DNA from: Vicinamibacteria bacterium | GTDB taxonomy: Bacteria; Acidobacteriota; Vicinamibacteria; Marinacidobacterales; Marinacidobacteraceae | Assembly (NCBI GenBank): GCA_963555995.3 | Contig: OY821641.1 | Coordinates: 384,001 to 448,000 of the forward strand | Reading direction: 5' to 3' | DNA: 64,000 bases | Shown here: piece after piece, positions 48,306 to 58,072 of the stretch | Layout: every line of letters begins with the position of its first letter | Position numbering within the stretch: position 1 is the first letter of the stretch | The notes under the pieces: generated by a model | Database searches by the model: none | What the model saw: the letters and a program-made list of their open reading frames with translations, nothing else | Told to the model about the DNA's origin: nothing | Program-made: the position numbers and the translations under genes

Positions 48306-49577
48306 GTGGTGACGGCGAACGGGCGGAACGAGTCGCGGGACGGCTTCGAGGCGATCGTTTCGCACGACACCTACACGAAGGGGGTGCCGTGGGACCTGTT
48401 TGCCCGGATGCGGGAGCGCGGATCTCCCTGCTGGGTCGAGGAGGAAGACGGCGCCGGGTTCTGGGCGCTGACCCGCCACGCGCACGTCTTCCAGGCGAGT
48501 TCCACCCCGCGGGACTTCTCCTGCGCCCGCGGCATTCGCCTCGAAGAGCTGGACGCCGACGAGCTGGAAGCCCGGCGGACGATGATGGAGTACGACGGGG
48601 CCGAGCACGCCCGGCTGCGGCGACTGGTCGGGGCGGGCTTCTCGCGGAAATCCATCGCCGCCTACGAGACCTCGGTGCGGGGGTTGGCCGCGCAGGTGCT
48701 CGACCGCGCGCTCGAACTCGGCGAGCTGGACTTCGTCGAGGAGGTGTCCCGCGAGCTGCCGATCCGGATGCTCTGCCGCATCCTGGGGGTACCGGAGGAG
48801 GACGCCGGGGAGCTGGTGGAATGGGGGGACGCGCTGATCTCGAACGCGGACCCCGAGTTCTCGATGGCGGTCATTGACCAGGTGGACACCGAGGAGTTCC
48901 GCCTGCTGCCCTTCCGGAGCCCGGCGGCCCGCGCCGTGTTCGACTACGCGAGCCGGATCCGGAAGGAGCGTCTCCGCCGGCCCACCGACGACATCCTCTC
49001 CGGGATGCTGGCCGAGGACGCCGGGGGCCAGCCGCTCACCGAGCTGGAGTTCCAGAACTTCTTCCTGCTGCTCATCGTGGCGGGCAACGAGACCACCCGG
49101 CACACCATCTCGCTCGGGTTGCTCGGGCTACTCGACCATCCGGCGGCCTACGCCGCTCTCAGCGCCGCCGCCGGGAATCGGGCGCTCTTCGAGTCGGCCA
49201 CCGAGGAGATCCTCCGCTGGACCTCGGTGACCATGCACTTCCGGCGCACCCTGACCCGGGACCTCGATCTCGACGGGGCTTCCCTGCGCCGGGGCGACAA
49301 GGCGGTCCTCTGGTACATCGCCGCGAACCGCGATCCGGACGCCTTCCCGGAGCCCGAGCGGTTCGACATCCGCCGGAGCCCGAACCCGCACCTGGCCTTC
49401 GGCGCCGGCCGGCACGTCTGCCTCGGCGCCTGGCTCGCGCGGCTCGAAGTCCGGGTCACCTTTGAGGAACTCTTCCGCCGGGTGTGCGCCGTCGAACGCA
49501 CCGGCCCGCCCGACCGTCTCCGTTCCAACTTCATCCACGGGATCAAGCACCTGCCGGTGCGCCTCCATCCCAGGTAA
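48306..49577 (+). CDS. Cytochrome P450
   Basis: I-helix AGNETTR, EEILR, ANRDP..F..PERFD, heme motif HLAFGAGRHVCLG. Confidence 0.95.
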   Translation: MVTANGRNESRDGFEAIVSHDTYTKGVPWDLFARMRERGSPCWVEEEDGAGFWALTRHAHVFQASSTPRDFSCARGIRLEELDADELEARRTMMEYDGAEHARLRRLVGAGFSRKSIAAYETSVRGLAAQVLDRALELGELDFVEEVSRELPIRMLCRILGVPEEDAGELVEWGDALISNADPEFSMAVIDQVDTEEFRLLPFRSPAARAVFDYASRIRKERLRRPTDDILSGMLAEDAGGQPLTELEFQNFFLLLIVAGNETTRHTISLGLLGLLDHPAAYAALSAAAGNRALFESATEEILRWTSVTMHFRRTLTRDLDLDGASLRRGDKAVLWYIAANRDPDAFPEPERFDIRRSPNPHLAFGAGRHVCLGAWLARLEVRVTFEELFRRVCAVERTGPPDRLRSNFIHGIKHLPVRLHPR

Positions 49578-49588
49578 GGAGCGTTCCC

Positions 49589-51649
49589 ATGCGACGCATC
49601 GCGATCTTCCTCTGGCTTGCCGTCTTCGCCGCCTCCGGAGCCGCGGCCCAGTTCACCCTCGAGCAGGTCTTCTCGGTCCCGTTTCCGACGAGCCTGACCG
49701 CGTCCTCCGACGGCTCCCGGGTCGCCTGGGTGTTCGACGAACGGGGCGCGCGGAATGTCTGGGCGGCCGACGCCCCCGGCTTCGAGGGACGCCGCCTGAC
49801 CTCCTTCGAGGGCGACGACGGGACAACCATCCACAGCCTGGCGTTCAGCCGCGACGGGCGTCGCCTCGCCTTCATCCGGGGCGACGGCCCCAACCGGGCG
49901 GGCGAGCTGCCGAACCCGACGAGCGATCCGGCGGGAGTGGAGCAGGCGCTGTGGGTCATCGGGGGCGACGGCGAGCCCCGCCGGATCACCGAGCCGGCGG
50001 CCTCGCCCCTCTTCACGGCCGCCGGGGACGCGATTCTGTTCGTCCGTCGGGGCCGGGTCTGGCAGGTGGGCCTCGAAGCCGATGCAGCACCCGAACAGCT
50101 CATCCACGGCCGGGGCTCCTTCGGGAACCTGCGCCTCTCCCCCGGCGGCGACCGGCTGGCGTTCGTGTCCTCGCGGGGGGCGCATTCGTTCGTCGGGGTG
50201 TACGACTTCGGCGCCAAGACCGTCCACTATCTCGACCCGGCGGTGGACCGCGACGGCTCGCCCGCCTTCTCGCCCGACGGGAGCGAAGTGGCGTTCCTGC
50301 GCACGCCGCCGGTGCTCGAGCGGTTCCTGTTCGTCCCGAGCCGGGAAGGCCCGCCGTGGAGCATCCGGGTGGCTTCCCTGGAGAACCCGGCGACCAGCCG
50401 GGAGCTCTTCCGCGCGGAGTCCGGAACGGGAAGCGTCTTCTCCGGGACAGCCTCCGCCGACCAGCTCCACTGGACGAACGACGGCCGCATCCTCTTCCCC
50501 TGGGAGCGCACCGGCTACCGGCACTTCTACGCCGTTCCCGCCGCCGGCGGCGAACCCGAAGCGCTCACCGCGGGATCCTTCGAGATCGAGTACGCCGTCA
50601 GCGACGGACACGGAGGCCTGATCGCCGCCACCAACCAGGACGACGTGGACCGGCGCCACCTCTGGCGGCTCACGGCGGGATCGGCCGCCGAAGCGCTGAC
50701 CTCCGGGACCGGCGTCGAGACGCTGCCGGTCGCCGTCCAGGGAGGCGTCGCCTTCCTCGGGGGCGACGGGCGCCGCCCGCTCCAGCCGATGGTCCGGACC
50801 GGCGGTGCTGTGCGCGCCCTCGCCCCGGACGCCTTCCCGGCGGACTTCCCGCTGGAGCACATGGTGGACCCGGAACCGGTGGTCTTCGCCTCCGCCGACG
50901 GCATGAAGATCCACGGCCAGCTCTTCCGGCCCGCCGCCGGGTCGGAGTCTCCCGGCCCCGGGGTCCTCTTCCTGCACGGCGGCTCCCGCCGGCAGATGCT
51001 GCTCGGCTGGCACTACATGGGCTACTACGCGAACTGCTACGCCTTCCACCAGTACCTGGCGAGCCGCGGGTTCACGGTGATCTCGGTGAACTACCGGAGC
51101 GGCACCGGCTACGGGATGGAGTTCCGCGAGGCGCTGAACTACGGGGCGAGCGGCGGGTCCGAGCACCAGGACGTGCTCGGGGCGGGCCGCACCCTCGCCG
51201 ACATGGCGGGCGTGGACGGGGACCGGATCGGCCTCTGGGGCGGCTCCTACGGCGGCTACCTGACCGCGATGGGACTCTCCCGGGCGTCCGACCTCTTCGC
51301 CGCCGGGGTGGACATCCACGGCGTCCACGACTGGAACCGCACCATCCAGGGCTTCAACCCGAGCTACGAGCCGGAGCACCACCCGGAGGCGGCGCGCCTC
51401 GCGTTCGAGTCCTCACCGCTCGCCACCGTGGACGGCTGGCGGTCTCCGGTGCTGCTCGTCCACGGCGACGACGACCGGAACGTGCCCTTCAACGAGACCG
51501 TCGAGCTGGTGGAGAAGCTGCGCGAACTCGGCGTCGAGCACGAACTCCTCATCTTCCCCGACGAGGTGCACGGTTTCCTCCGCCACGAGAACTGGCTGGA
51601 GGTATTCCGCCGGAGCGCCGCCTTCTTTGAGCGCCACCTGGGGAAGTGA
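49589..51649 (+). CDS. Secreted S9 prolyl oligopeptidase family peptidase (beta-propeller plus alpha/beta hydrolase)
   Basis: Signal peptide; repeated SPDG motifs; HGG, NYRSG.GYG, GGSYGG, HGDDD.NV, DEVHGF. Confidence 0.9.
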   Translation: MRRIAIFLWLAVFAASGAAAQFTLEQVFSVPFPTSLTASSDGSRVAWVFDERGARNVWAADAPGFEGRRLTSFEGDDGTTIHSLAFSRDGRRLAFIRGDGPNRAGELPNPTSDPAGVEQALWVIGGDGEPRRITEPAASPLFTAAGDAILFVRRGRVWQVGLEADAAPEQLIHGRGSFGNLRLSPGGDRLAFVSSRGAHSFVGVYDFGAKTVHYLDPAVDRDGSPAFSPDGSEVAFLRTPPVLERFLFVPSREGPPWSIRVASLENPATSRELFRAESGTGSVFSGTASADQLHWTNDGRILFPWERTGYRHFYAVPAAGGEPEALTAGSFEIEYAVSDGHGGLIAATNQDDVDRRHLWRLTAGSAAEALTSGTGVETLPVAVQGGVAFLGGDGRRPLQPMVRTGGAVRALAPDAFPADFPLEHMVDPEPVVFASADGMKIHGQLFRPAAGSESPGPGVLFLHGGSRRQMLLGWHYMGYYANCYAFHQYLASRGFTVISVNYRSGTGYGMEFREALNYGASGGSEHQDVLGAGRTLADMAGVDGDRIGLWGGSYGGYLTAMGLSRASDLFAAGVDIHGVHDWNRTIQGFNPSYEPEHHPEAARLAFESSPLATVDGWRSPVLLVHGDDDRNVPFNETVELVEKLRELGVEHELLIFPDEVHGFLRHENWLEVFRRSAAFFERHLGK

Positions 51650-51713
51650 CGCCGGCGCTTCATCCCTGAAGTCGGCCACGCCTATAGAACTCGCCTGAGA
51701 CAGGAGGAACGGA

Positions 51714-53399
51714 ATGAGAAACACCCTGCGATGCGGCCTCGCGCTCGCCGCGCTGCTGGCAGCGCCGGCGTCCGCTCTAGCCCAGCCGGATTCCCGCGAT
51801 CCGCTGCTGAACCAGGGGCCGAAGGCGGTGGCTACCTCGGAGGGAGGGATGGTGGCGACCCAGCTCCCGAACGTGACCCGCGCGGCGGTCCGGGTGCTGG
51901 AGGACGGCGGGAACGCGGCGGACGCTTTCGTCACCGCCGTCTTCCTCCAGCACGTCGAGGACTTCCACCAGGTCTCGCACTTCGGGGCGATGTCCGGTCT
52001 CTACTACGAGGCGGCAACCGGGACGACCTACGCATTCAACGCCTTCTCGGAACGGCCCCGGGCGGACCGCTGCGGGGATGGCAAGCAGGTGGGACGGCTC
52101 GCGATCGGCGGCACCGTGCGCGGGCTCGAATCGGTCGCGGAGCGGTTCGGCACGAGGCCGTGGGCCAGCTACCTGGAACCCGCGATCGCCGCCGCCGAGC
52201 AGGGCGTCCTGGTCACGAACTTCCAGTACGCGAACAACTACAGCCTCTGGGAGAACGGGGACCTGATCCGGGAGAACGAGGAAGCGCAGGCCTTCTACAT
52301 GCCTGACGGCCATCTCGTCCCGGTGGGTGGGACCTGGAAGATGCCGGCGCTCGCCCGGACCCTGCGCGCGGTCGCCGAGCACGGCGCCGATCATCTCTAC
52401 ACGGGCGAATGGGCGAAGAAGTTCGTGGAGCAGGCGACAAGGCGCGGTTTCTGCGTCACGCTCGAGGATCTCGCCGAGTACGAGACGCGCTGGCTGGAGC
52501 CGGCGCGCTTCACCTACCGGGGCCACGAGATCCTCGTCGAGCCGCCCCCGAACAAGGGGGGCCTGCTGGTCGGGCAGAACCTGAACGTGCTGGAGCAGTT
52601 CGACCTCACGGCGACGGGCCATTTTGCCGAGTCCCCGGAAACCCTCGAGATCATGGTCCGGAGCTTCGGCAAGGTCGAGTCGGACATGAAGTGGTCCATC
52701 CAGGACCCGGCCGCCTACCGGAACCCGTACGAACTCTGGAACTCGAAGGAATACGCCCGGCTCAGCGCCGAGTTCGTCCGGCAGACCATGCCGCAGCCGG
52801 GGGTGGACCTGACGGCCATGATGGCGAGCGAGGCGGACGGAACGAACGTCGCCGCCTCGATGACCCTCGGCAGCAACCACAACGTGATCGTGGACGCCGA
52901 GGGCAACTGGGTCAGCTCGCTCCACACCGGGCACGGCGGGGCCCCGGGCATCTTCATCGACGGCGTCCGGGCGACCGGGAGCGGCGTGAAGGCCGAGACG
53001 ATGGGGCCGGGACGCCGCATTCTCGCCGAGGTCACCGGGGTGTTCGTGATGCGGGACGGCAGGCCCTGGCTCACGCTCGGAACCCCCGGGTTCCCGCCGC
53101 AGCCGGTGACCGAGGTCCTCGTGAACATCCTGGACTTCGGGATGCATCCGAAGGACGCGGCGGATGCACCGCGCTTCTGGGCGTTCCTCTACGGCCAGAC
53201 CGAGCGGCGATTCCTGCGCATCGAGTCCCGGATCTCCGACGAGGTCCGGCGGGGAATGGCGAGAAGCGGAATCGCGATGGAGGAACTCGGCGACTACAAC
53301 TGGCACACCGGCTCGATGCAGATCATCTGGCGCGGTGACGACGGAAAACTTTACGGGGTCAGCGACCCGAGACGACTCGGACTCGCTGCCGGACACTGA
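51714..53399 (+). CDS. Gamma-glutamyltransferase-family Ntn hydrolase, divergent (paralogue 1)
   Basis: Signal peptide; GMVAT, GGNAADA, LARTL, LEDLAEY, YRG, GTPG, AADAPRF, G.SDPRR; nucleophile position S-N-H. Confidence 0.85.
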   Translation: MRNTLRCGLALAALLAAPASALAQPDSRDPLLNQGPKAVATSEGGMVATQLPNVTRAAVRVLEDGGNAADAFVTAVFLQHVEDFHQVSHFGAMSGLYYEAATGTTYAFNAFSERPRADRCGDGKQVGRLAIGGTVRGLESVAERFGTRPWASYLEPAIAAAEQGVLVTNFQYANNYSLWENGDLIRENEEAQAFYMPDGHLVPVGGTWKMPALARTLRAVAEHGADHLYTGEWAKKFVEQATRRGFCVTLEDLAEYETRWLEPARFTYRGHEILVEPPPNKGGLLVGQNLNVLEQFDLTATGHFAESPETLEIMVRSFGKVESDMKWSIQDPAAYRNPYELWNSKEYARLSAEFVRQTMPQPGVDLTAMMASEADGTNVAASMTLGSNHNVIVDAEGNWVSSLHTGHGGAPGIFIDGVRATGSGVKAETMGPGRRILAEVTGVFVMRDGRPWLTLGTPGFPPQPVTEVLVNILDFGMHPKDAADAPRFWAFLYGQTERRFLRIESRISDEVRRGMARSGIAMEELGDYNWHTGSMQIIWRGDDGKLYGVSDPRRLGLAAGH

Positions 53400-53421
53400 A
53401 ACACCAACAGGGGGGAGCGTC

Positions 53422-55119
53422 ATGAAAAAGAGCTCTACAACCAAACAACTTCTGGTCGCGGTGGGGATACTTGCCCTCGCCGCCACCGGGATGGCCCAGA
53501 ACGGACCCGATCCGCAACTGAACCAGGGGCCGAAGCCGACGGTGACCGGCGACTCGGTCATGGTGGCCACCCAGCTTCCGGTGGTCAGCGAGGCGGCGCT
53601 CCAGGTGCTGAAGGACGGCGGCAACGCGGTGGACGCCATGGTGACCGCCGTCTTCGTCCAGCACGTCCAGGACTTCCACCAGGTCTCGCACTTCGGGTCG
53701 ATGTCGGTGATCGGCTACGACGCCGCGAGCGACACCTACTGGTCGCTGAACGCGGTCTCGGAGCGTCCCCGCGCCGACCGGCACGACCACGGCGACGTGT
53801 CCAAGGTCGCCATCGGCGGCGTGGTGCGCGGCCTTGAAGCCATCGCGGACCGCTACGGCAGCGGGACCATGGAGTGGTCGCAGTACCTGCAGCCGGCCAT
53901 CGCCTCCGCCGAGGAGGGCGCCATCGTCACCTCGTTCATGTACGGCATCAACTACAACCTGATGGAGCAGGGGGACCTCGTCAAGAACCCCGAGGCCCGC
54001 GAGGCCTACATGGCGAACGGCCACCTGGTGCCGGTGGGCGAGCGCTGGAAGCGGCCGGCGCTCGCCGAGCACCTGAAGATGGTCGCCTCCGAGGGCGCCG
54101 ACTACATGTACACCGGGGCCTGGGCCGAGAAGTTCGTGAAGGCCGCGAACGCGAAGGGCTACGCGGTCAGCATGCAGGACATGGCGGAGTACAGGCCGCA
54201 CTGGGACGACCCGACCAAGTTCACCTACCGAGGGCTCGACTTCTACGGCTCGCCGCCGCCCGATACCGGCGGCGTCATCGTCGGCAGCAACCTCAAGATC
54301 CTCGAGAACTTCGACCTGAAGAGCCTGGGGCACTACAGCGAGTCGCCCGAGGCGCTCGAGATCATGATCCGGGCCTTCGGCCGCGTCTCCGACGAGACCC
54401 GCTGGGTCATCAAGGATCCGCTCAACTTCCGGATGCCCACCGATCTCTGGCTCTCGGACGAGTACGGAAAGCTCGGCGCCACCTTCGTCGAGAACACGAT
54501 GCTGCTGGACGGCGTGGATCTCTCGAACAGCGAGACCCCCGAAATGACGGCTTCTCTCTTCCCGCCGGGAGCGGGCGGGGCGGACACCGCGGATCTCGGG
54601 AGCAACCACAACGTCATCGTGGACTCGCACGGCAACTGGGTCTCCATGCTCCACACCGGGCACGGCGGGGCGCCGGGCATCTTCATTGACGGGGTGCGGG
54701 CCACGGGGAGCACCGCGCGCGCCGCCACCGCGGGTCCCGGCCGCCGCCTGGTGCTGCCCATCACCGGGATCATCGTGGCGAAGGACGGCAAGCCCTGGCT
54801 CGCGATGGGCACCCCGGGCTCGCCGCCGCAGCCGGTCACCGAGGTGCTCGTGAACATCATTGACTACGGCATGCATCCGAAGGACGCCGCCGCCGCGCCG
54901 CGCTTCTGGGCGTTCCGGGGAGGCGAACGGGGCGTGCAGATCGAGTCCCGCATCTCCGACGCGGTCCGCAAGGGCATGAAGAAGAGCGGGATCGGGATCA
55001 CCGATCTCGGCGCCTACAACTGGCACACCGGCTCCATGCAGATCATCTGGATGGGGGACGACGGCAAGCTCCACGGAGCGACGGATCCGCGGCGCCTCGG
55101 CGTCGTCGTCGGTTACTGA
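53422..55119 (+). CDS. Gamma-glutamyltransferase-family Ntn hydrolase, divergent (paralogue 2)
   Basis: Collinear with paralogue 1; GGNAVDA, SPPP, SNHNVIVD, GATDPRR. Confidence 0.85.
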   Translation: MKKSSTTKQLLVAVGILALAATGMAQNGPDPQLNQGPKPTVTGDSVMVATQLPVVSEAALQVLKDGGNAVDAMVTAVFVQHVQDFHQVSHFGSMSVIGYDAASDTYWSLNAVSERPRADRHDHGDVSKVAIGGVVRGLEAIADRYGSGTMEWSQYLQPAIASAEEGAIVTSFMYGINYNLMEQGDLVKNPEAREAYMANGHLVPVGERWKRPALAEHLKMVASEGADYMYTGAWAEKFVKAANAKGYAVSMQDMAEYRPHWDDPTKFTYRGLDFYGSPPPDTGGVIVGSNLKILENFDLKSLGHYSESPEALEIMIRAFGRVSDETRWVIKDPLNFRMPTDLWLSDEYGKLGATFVENTMLLDGVDLSNSETPEMTASLFPPGAGGADTADLGSNHNVIVDSHGNWVSMLHTGHGGAPGIFIDGVRATGSTARAATAGPGRRLVLPITGIIVAKDGKPWLAMGTPGSPPQPVTEVLVNIIDYGMHPKDAAAAPRFWAFRGGERGVQIESRISDAVRKGMKKSGIGITDLGAYNWHTGSMQIIWMGDDGKLHGATDPRRLGVVVGY

Positions 55120-55138
55120 CGATGTAACGCTCACCAGG

Positions 55139-55163
55139 GGGAGCGCCGGTCTTCAGACCGGCA
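55139..55163. repeat. Single REP palindrome
   Basis: gggagcgccggtcttcagaccggca. Confidence 0.7.
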
Positions 55164-55229
55164 CCGCCCGCCGGAGGCGGGCGAGACTTGCGCGCCGCCG
55201 ACCAGCGGCGAGCGCGCAGAGGTTCAACC

Positions 55230-56927
55230 ATGCGATTCTTCACTCCAACAGCCTGTCTATTGCTGGCCGCCGGACTCGCATCCGGCCAGCACCCGCCCGA
55301 CGCGCGGGACGCGCTCTACAACCAGGGACCCAAGCAGGAGGCGGTCGGCGACTCGGTGATGGTGAGCACCCAACTCCCCATCGTCACCGAGACCGCGCTC
55401 GAGGTGCTCCGGAACGGCGGGAACGCGATTGACGCCTTCGTCACCGCGGTCTTCCTCCAAAACGTCGTGGACTACCACCAGGTGAGCCTCTTCGGCGCCA
55501 TGGGCGGCCTCTACTACGAGGCCGCGACCGGGAAGTACCACGTGTTCGAGTCCTACTCGGAGCGGCCCCTCGCGGGCCGCTGCGGCGAGGGGGATCCCTC
55601 CCAGGTCGCTATCGGCGGCAAGGTCGCGGGCCTCGGCGCCCTCGCCGACCGCTTCGGGACGATGGAGTGGGCCGATTACCTGGAGCCGGCCATCAAGGCG
55701 GCGGACGAGGGCGTGCTGGTCACCTCCTTCATGTACGCGAACAACTACAACAGTTGGGAGACGGGCGACCTCATCCAGCAGAACGACGAGGCGCGGGCGC
55801 ACTACATGCCGGACGGCCATCTCGTCCCGGTGGGGCACCTCTGGAAGATGCCGGCGATGGCGAAGACGCTCCGCGGGATCGCTTCGGAGGGGGCGGACTA
55901 CCTCTACACCGGCGCCTGGGGGCAGAAGTTCGTCGAGAAGTCCCGCGAGAAGGGCTACTGCGTGAGCCTCGAGGACATGGGGGCGTTCGAGGTGCGCTGG
56001 TCGGATCCCGTGCGCTCCACCTACCGCGGCTACGAGGTCCTGAGCGAGTCCCCGCCCAAAAAAGGCGGCATCCAGATCGGCTACAACCTGAACATCCTCG
56101 AGAACTTCGATCTGGCGAGCATGGGCCACTTCGCCGAGTCGGTGGACACCCTCGAGATCCTCACCCGCACGCTCGGCCGGGTGGAGACCGACATGCGCTA
56201 CGGAGTCACCGATCCCCTGGCGTTCCAGATCCCGACCGCCGTCTGGCTCTCGAAGGACTACGCGAAGTTCGGCGCGGAGTTCGTGCGGACCACGATGGTC
56301 GTGCCGGGCGTGGACCTGACCCCGCCCACCGCCACCGCGGCGCTCCGGCGTCCGGAGCCGGTGCGGATCGCGCGGTCAGCGGACGCCCCGTCCATGGTGG
56401 ACGAGAGCAACCACAACGTCATCGTGGACGCGGAGGGGAACTGGATCACCTCGCTCCACACCGGGCACGGCGGCGCGCCGGGGATCTTTCTCGACGGTGT
56501 GAAGGCGACCGGCAGCGGCTTCCCCGGCCGGACGGTCGGGCCCGGCCGCCGGGTCAGCCCGAACAGCACCGGCACCATCGTGGCGAAGGACGGGGTGCCC
56601 TGGCTCTCCCTCGGCTCACCGGGGGTGCCGCCCCAGCCCGTCACCCAGGTGCTGGTCAACATTATCGACTTCGGGATGACGCCGGGCGACGCGGCTGACG
56701 CGCCGCGCTTCTTCGCCTTCCGGGGCGGCGAGCAGGTGCTCGCCATCGAGTCCCGGATCGCCGACGAGGTGCGGAAGGGGCTCAAGGCCCGCGGCATCCG
56801 GATCCAGGACCTCGGGCCCTACAACTGGCACACTGGCTCGATGCAGATCGTCTGGCGCGACCCGGACACCGGCAAGCTCCACGGGGTCACCGACCCCCGC
56901 CGCCTCGGCCTCGCCAAGGGGTACTGA
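55230..56927 (+). CDS. Gamma-glutamyltransferase-family Ntn hydrolase, divergent (paralogue 3)
   Basis: Collinear with paralogues 1-2; GGNAIDA, SNHNVIVD, GSPG, GVTDPRR. Confidence 0.85.
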   Translation: MRFFTPTACLLLAAGLASGQHPPDARDALYNQGPKQEAVGDSVMVSTQLPIVTETALEVLRNGGNAIDAFVTAVFLQNVVDYHQVSLFGAMGGLYYEAATGKYHVFESYSERPLAGRCGEGDPSQVAIGGKVAGLGALADRFGTMEWADYLEPAIKAADEGVLVTSFMYANNYNSWETGDLIQQNDEARAHYMPDGHLVPVGHLWKMPAMAKTLRGIASEGADYLYTGAWGQKFVEKSREKGYCVSLEDMGAFEVRWSDPVRSTYRGYEVLSESPPKKGGIQIGYNLNILENFDLASMGHFAESVDTLEILTRTLGRVETDMRYGVTDPLAFQIPTAVWLSKDYAKFGAEFVRTTMVVPGVDLTPPTATAALRRPEPVRIARSADAPSMVDESNHNVIVDAEGNWITSLHTGHGGAPGIFLDGVKATGSGFPGRTVGPGRRVSPNSTGTIVAKDGVPWLSLGSPGVPPQPVTQVLVNIIDFGMTPGDAADAPRFFAFRGGEQVLAIESRIADEVRKGLKARGIRIQDLGPYNWHTGSMQIVWRDPDTGKLHGVTDPRRLGLAKGY

Positions 56928-56936
56928 CGGCGCGAC

Positions 56937-57136
56937 GGCCTGGAGCGCCGGCTTCAGCCGGCACGCGGCCCGCAGAGCGCGTCGGGCTGCTCTACCGCAT
57001 GGCGCGACGGCTTGGAACGCCGGCTTCAGCCGGCACAGCCCGCCGAAGGCGGGCGGCGAGACGGACCTCATGCGCCGGGATGGCTCGGCAGCGCGCGCCA
57101 ACGCACCCGGGGTGCCGGCTGAAGCCGGCGTTCCCA
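56937..57136. repeat. Cluster of three REP palindromes (REPIN)
   Basis: tggagcgccggcttcagccggcac, ttggaacgccggcttcagccggcac and the inverted gtgccggctgaagccggcgttccc. Confidence 0.8.
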
Positions 57137-57252
57137 GCCGGCGCCGCCCTCATGGCTCCTGGAGAAGGCGCGGGACTGCATTTTCACAGCAACGGCTTCA
57201 GCCGCCACGCGGCCCGCAGGGTGGCAAGGTATGTAACCCTCCCGGTGGGATT

Positions 57253-57288
57253 GTATATGGATTTCCATACGTATATGGTTCTCCATAT
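57253..57288. promoter_or_regulatory. Tandem TATGG-N4-CCATA palindromes, probable antitoxin operator
   Basis: gtatatggatttccatac gtatatggttctccatat abutting the ATG. Confidence 0.6.
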
Positions 57289-57571
57289 GAAGACGACCCT
57301 GAACATTCCGGACCCCGTAATGCAGCGTTTGCGCGAAGAGGCCGCGCGGCGCGGAACCACCATGTCCTCCCTGGTGGAAGCCGGACTGCGGCTGATCCTC
57401 GCCGAGTCCGGCGATCACTCCTCCGACAAGGAGTTGCCGCCGCTTCCTCGCTGGCATGGAGGCCGTCCCTTGGTGGACATCACGGACCGGGAGGCTCTGG
57501 ACCACGTGCTGAACGCGGAGCGTGACGAGCGGCTCTACGGCGTCCGACCGGCCGAGACTTCGGAAACGTAA
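57287..57571 (+). CDS. vapB: VapB/CopG-type RHH antitoxin
   Basis: MKTTLNI.D.VM.RLR.EAARRG.TMS.LVE.GLR; upstream of a PIN toxin. Confidence 0.82.
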   Translation: MKTTLNIPDPVMQRLREEAARRGTTMSSLVEAGLRLILAESGDHSSDKELPPLPRWHGGRPLVDITDREALDHVLNAERDERLYGVRPAETSET

Positions 57572-58018
57572 TTGCTCGTCTTCGATTCGAACGTTCTGGT
57601 GGACGCCGCCAACCAGGACTCCCGATTTCACGACCCTTGCCGCCGGCAACTCGCCGCCGCCCGGAAGAGCACCTCTCCCGCTTTTCTTCCTTGGAGCGTG
57701 TGTTATGAGTTCCTGCGGGTCACGACGCACCCGAACGTGCTGCCGTCGCCATGGACGTCGCGGCGAGCGCTTGAGTTTCTGGAAGCGGTACTCGCATCAC
57801 CGGCCTTCGACCTTCTCGTTGCGACGCGACGCCACGCCGCAGTATTGGCCCAGACGGTTGCGGAAATCCCGGATCTCCGCAGCAACGTGATGCACGATGT
57901 CCACATCGCTGTTCTCATGCGGGAACATGGCCTGACCCGAATCTGCACCCGGGACGGGGACTTTCGCCGCTTTTCTTTCCTGACGGTGCTGGACCCCACG
58001 TATGAAACCCGCTGGTAG
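57572..58018 (+). CDS. vapC: PIN-domain toxin (VapC family)
   Basis: VFDSNVLV.A, YEFLRV.THP, N.MHD.HIA.LM.EHG, TRD.DF.RF. Confidence 0.88.
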   Translation: MLVFDSNVLVDAANQDSRFHDPCRRQLAAARKSTSPAFLPWSVCYEFLRVTTHPNVLPSPWTSRRALEFLEAVLASPAFDLLVATRRHAAVLAQTVAEIPDLRSNVMHDVHIAVLMREHGLTRICTRDGDFRRFSFLTVLDPTYETRW

Positions 58019-58072
58019 ACGCGGTGCGATCACGGCGGCCGACGTTGCCGCGCCAAGCGCTCCAACACCCCC

